A stretch of DNA of 64,000 nt, taken from positions 5,394,001 through 5,458,000 of the forward strand of contig CDRNST010000104.1 of the NCBI GenBank assembly GCA_977016875.1, written 5' to 3'. A program made the position numbers and the translations under genes. This stretch comes from Pavona decussata. Lineage: Eukaryota. The notes under the pieces are model-generated. The model had not been told where the DNA came from and made no database searches. It saw nothing but the letters and a program-made list of their open reading frames with translations. Below, piece by piece: positions 61,963 through 64,000 of this stretch; position 1 is the first letter of the stretch; each line of letters opens with the position of its first letter.

Positions 61963-64000
61963 ATGCCGGGAACAGAAGGGGAAACCTCGAATGCAGACAG
62001 AGGTGCAGAAGGGACAACTTCTCAGCAGTTATTACCAGTTAAACCGCCAAAATCCTTCGACTTTTCAAATTACGAAGAATGGCCACGGTGGTTAAAACGC
62101 TTTGATCGGTACCGCATCGTCTCAGGCTTACAAAGCCAAGCAGAAGACCTTCAAGTAAATGCCCTTATTTACGCCATGGGTGGTGATGCAGAAGACATCA
62201 TGGCCAGTTTTGTCTTCGCAGATGAGTCAGATGCACACAAATATGATGCTGTGAAAGCAAAATTCAACAGTCATTTTGTCGCGAAGAAAAACGTAATCTA
62301 CAAGCGAGCAAAATTTAATCAACGGGCACAGGGTCAAGATGAGTCGGTGGAAAATTTCATCACTGCCCTTCATAGTCTGGCCGAATTCTGCGAGTATGGA
62401 TCATTGAAGGATGAGATGATTCGTGACCGCTTAGTTGTCGGACTTAGGAACGAGAAACTCAGCGAAAAACTGCAGATTGACGCAAGTTTAACGCTAGAAA
62501 AAGCCGTTCAACAAGCCAGACAAAGTGAGTCTGTCAAAAAGCAGCAGGGAGTGATAAGATCAAGCCACATTCCGTCAAGCAATGTTGAAACCCTGGAAGA
62601 AAAACAAGCAAAATCAGGAAGGCCTCGAGGGTCACATAAACCGAAACAACCCAGCAAGTCAAGCGGAGATGGAAACAACAGCAAGTTTAAAAGACGGACT
62701 ACCGGATGTGAAAGGTGTGGAAACCCTAAAAATCACAACAGGCAGTCGTGCCCTGCAAAAGATGCGAAGTGTCACAAGTGCTCAAAACAAGGCCATTTCG
62801 CCAAATGGTGCCACGCGAGCGTACCACCGAGTAAAGTCTATGAAGTTGAAGCAGCCGAGAGCTCTAGCTCAGATTCAGACATCTTTCTTGGCGAAGTCGT
62901 ATCCAAGCAAGAGAAACCATGGACAGCTGACGTGACAATCAACAGCCATAGCGTGACATTCAAACTAGACTGCGGTGCAGATGTCACAGTACTTCCCAGC
63001 AAGATTTTCACCGAAATAACTGACAAACCGATCCTGTTGAAAACGTCCAAGAAGCTGTATGGCCCTTGCCGGTACGAGCTCAAGTGTAAAGGAGAGTTTG
63101 AAGCCTCTTTGAAGTATGAAAACAAGTCATGCAAGGAGCAGATTTATGTCCTGGATAATCTGGATCGCCCACTACTTGGCCGCACAGCCTGTCACAAGCT
63201 TGGAATTATCAAGAAAATAGACGACGTCGTTTCACCTGAGAGAAGCCCAGATCGCATGAAGAAGACACACCCAAACCTCTTCAAAGGACTTGGCTGTATG
63301 CCAGGCGAATATGAGATCAAGCTTAGCGACGGAGCCAAACCGTTCAACCTTACTACGCCCCGCAGAATTCCAATACCACTGCTGGACAATGTGAAAGCCG
63401 AAATAAAGCGTATGGAAGACATGGAAGTCATCGAGCGGGTGGATCAACCCACAGAATGGTGTTCTCCAGTGGTAGTCGTTCCCAAGAAAAATGGAAAAGT
63501 ACGGATATGCGGAGACTTTATCCAGCTTAACAAAGCAGTTCAACGAGAGAACCATCCCATGCCCACCACAGAGCAGACACTCGCCAAACTCACAGGTGCC
63601 AAGATCGTGTCAAAACTGAACGCGAACTCTGGGTTTTGGCAGAGGAAACTCAGCCCCAAGTCTAAGCTGCTTACTACCTTCATTACGCCCTGGGGACGGT
63701 ACTGCTACAAACGACTCCCGTTCGGAATCTCATCCGCCCCAGAACACTTCCAGAAAACCATGCAGCACATCCTGGCTGGACTGGAAGGAGTGGAATGTCA
63801 AATGGATGACATCCTAGTGTTCGGAAACTCTTATGAACAGCACGACGAGCGTTTAGAAGCAGTCTTACGACGCCTTGAAGAGCATGGAGTAACCCTCAAC
63901 CTCGAGAAATGTGAATTTGCCAAGGAAAACGTTGAGTTCCTGGGTCACGTGATCGGCAAAGACGGGATTCAAGCTGACCCTTCGAAAGTTGAAGCGATCA
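61963..64000 (+). CDS. Mag-clade Ty3/Gypsy gag-pol, runs off the window
   Basis: No stop seen from ATG 61963: WPRWLKRF..YR, MIRDRLVVG, two zinc knuckles, protease KLDCGAD, RT WCSPVVVVPK, RLPFGISSAPE, QMDD. Confidence 0.93.
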   Translation, partial: MPGTEGETSNADRGAEGTTSQQLLPVKPPKSFDFSNYEEWPRWLKRFDRYRIVSGLQSQAEDLQVNALIYAMGGDAEDIMASFVFADESDAHKYDAVKAKFNSHFVAKKNVIYKRAKFNQRAQGQDESVENFITALHSLAEFCEYGSLKDEMIRDRLVVGLRNEKLSEKLQIDASLTLEKAVQQARQSESVKKQQGVIRSSHIPSSNVETLEEKQAKSGRPRGSHKPKQPSKSSGDGNNSKFKRRTTGCERCGNPKNHNRQSCPAKDAKCHKCSKQGHFAKWCHASVPPSKVYEVEAAESSSSDSDIFLGEVVSKQEKPWTADVTINSHSVTFKLDCGADVTVLPSKIFTEITDKPILLKTSKKLYGPCRYELKCKGEFEASLKYENKSCKEQIYVLDNLDRPLLGRTACHKLGIIKKIDDVVSPERSPDRMKKTHPNLFKGLGCMPGEYEIKLSDGAKPFNLTTPRRIPIPLLDNVKAEIKRMEDMEVIERVDQPTEWCSPVVVVPKKNGKVRICGDFIQLNKAVQRENHPMPTTEQTLAKLTGAKIVSKLNANSGFWQRKLSPKSKLLTTFITPWGRYCYKRLPFGISSAPEHFQKTMQHILAGLEGVECQMDDILVFGNSYEQHDERLEAVLRRLEEHGVTLNLEKCEFAKENVEFLGHVIGKDGIQADPSKVEAI

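Overview
Eukaryotic, AT-rich DNA with spliceosomal introns, made up almost entirely of nested transposable elements. The repeat families and protein types suggest a marine invertebrate, most likely a stony coral (inference). No ordinary host gene was recognised. In order: an IS3EU-like integrase exon; a 10.0-kb TA-flanked Tc1 (DD34E) element carrying a four-exon BEN-domain gene (872-10894); a MULE relic split by piggyBac, EnSpm/CACTA and LINE pieces; CR1/L2 LINE fragments; a BEL/Pao relic hosting a full-length DIRS element (itself hosting a tRNA-like retroposon) and a 6-bp-TSD DNA element; a 4.06-kb IS630/Tc1 element whose DD38E transposase has a strongly Pax-like paired domain and which carries HIRAN and SAM/zinc-knuckle cargo genes (33751-37806); an assembly gap; Sola1, DIRS, Ngaro, hAT, Ulp1-protease and Gypsy relics; a RAG1/Transib-like transposase pseudogene; and the 5' part of a young Mag-clade Gypsy element. 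The most unusual object is a 2.3-kb insertion in the RAG1-like gene (54068-56368). It encodes a rolling-circle HUH endonuclease, is bounded by two near-identical ~254-bp self-complementary terminal units in a flip/flop-like arrangement with Tc1-like tips, and has a TA target duplication. All family assignments are motif recognition by eye; no searches were run.
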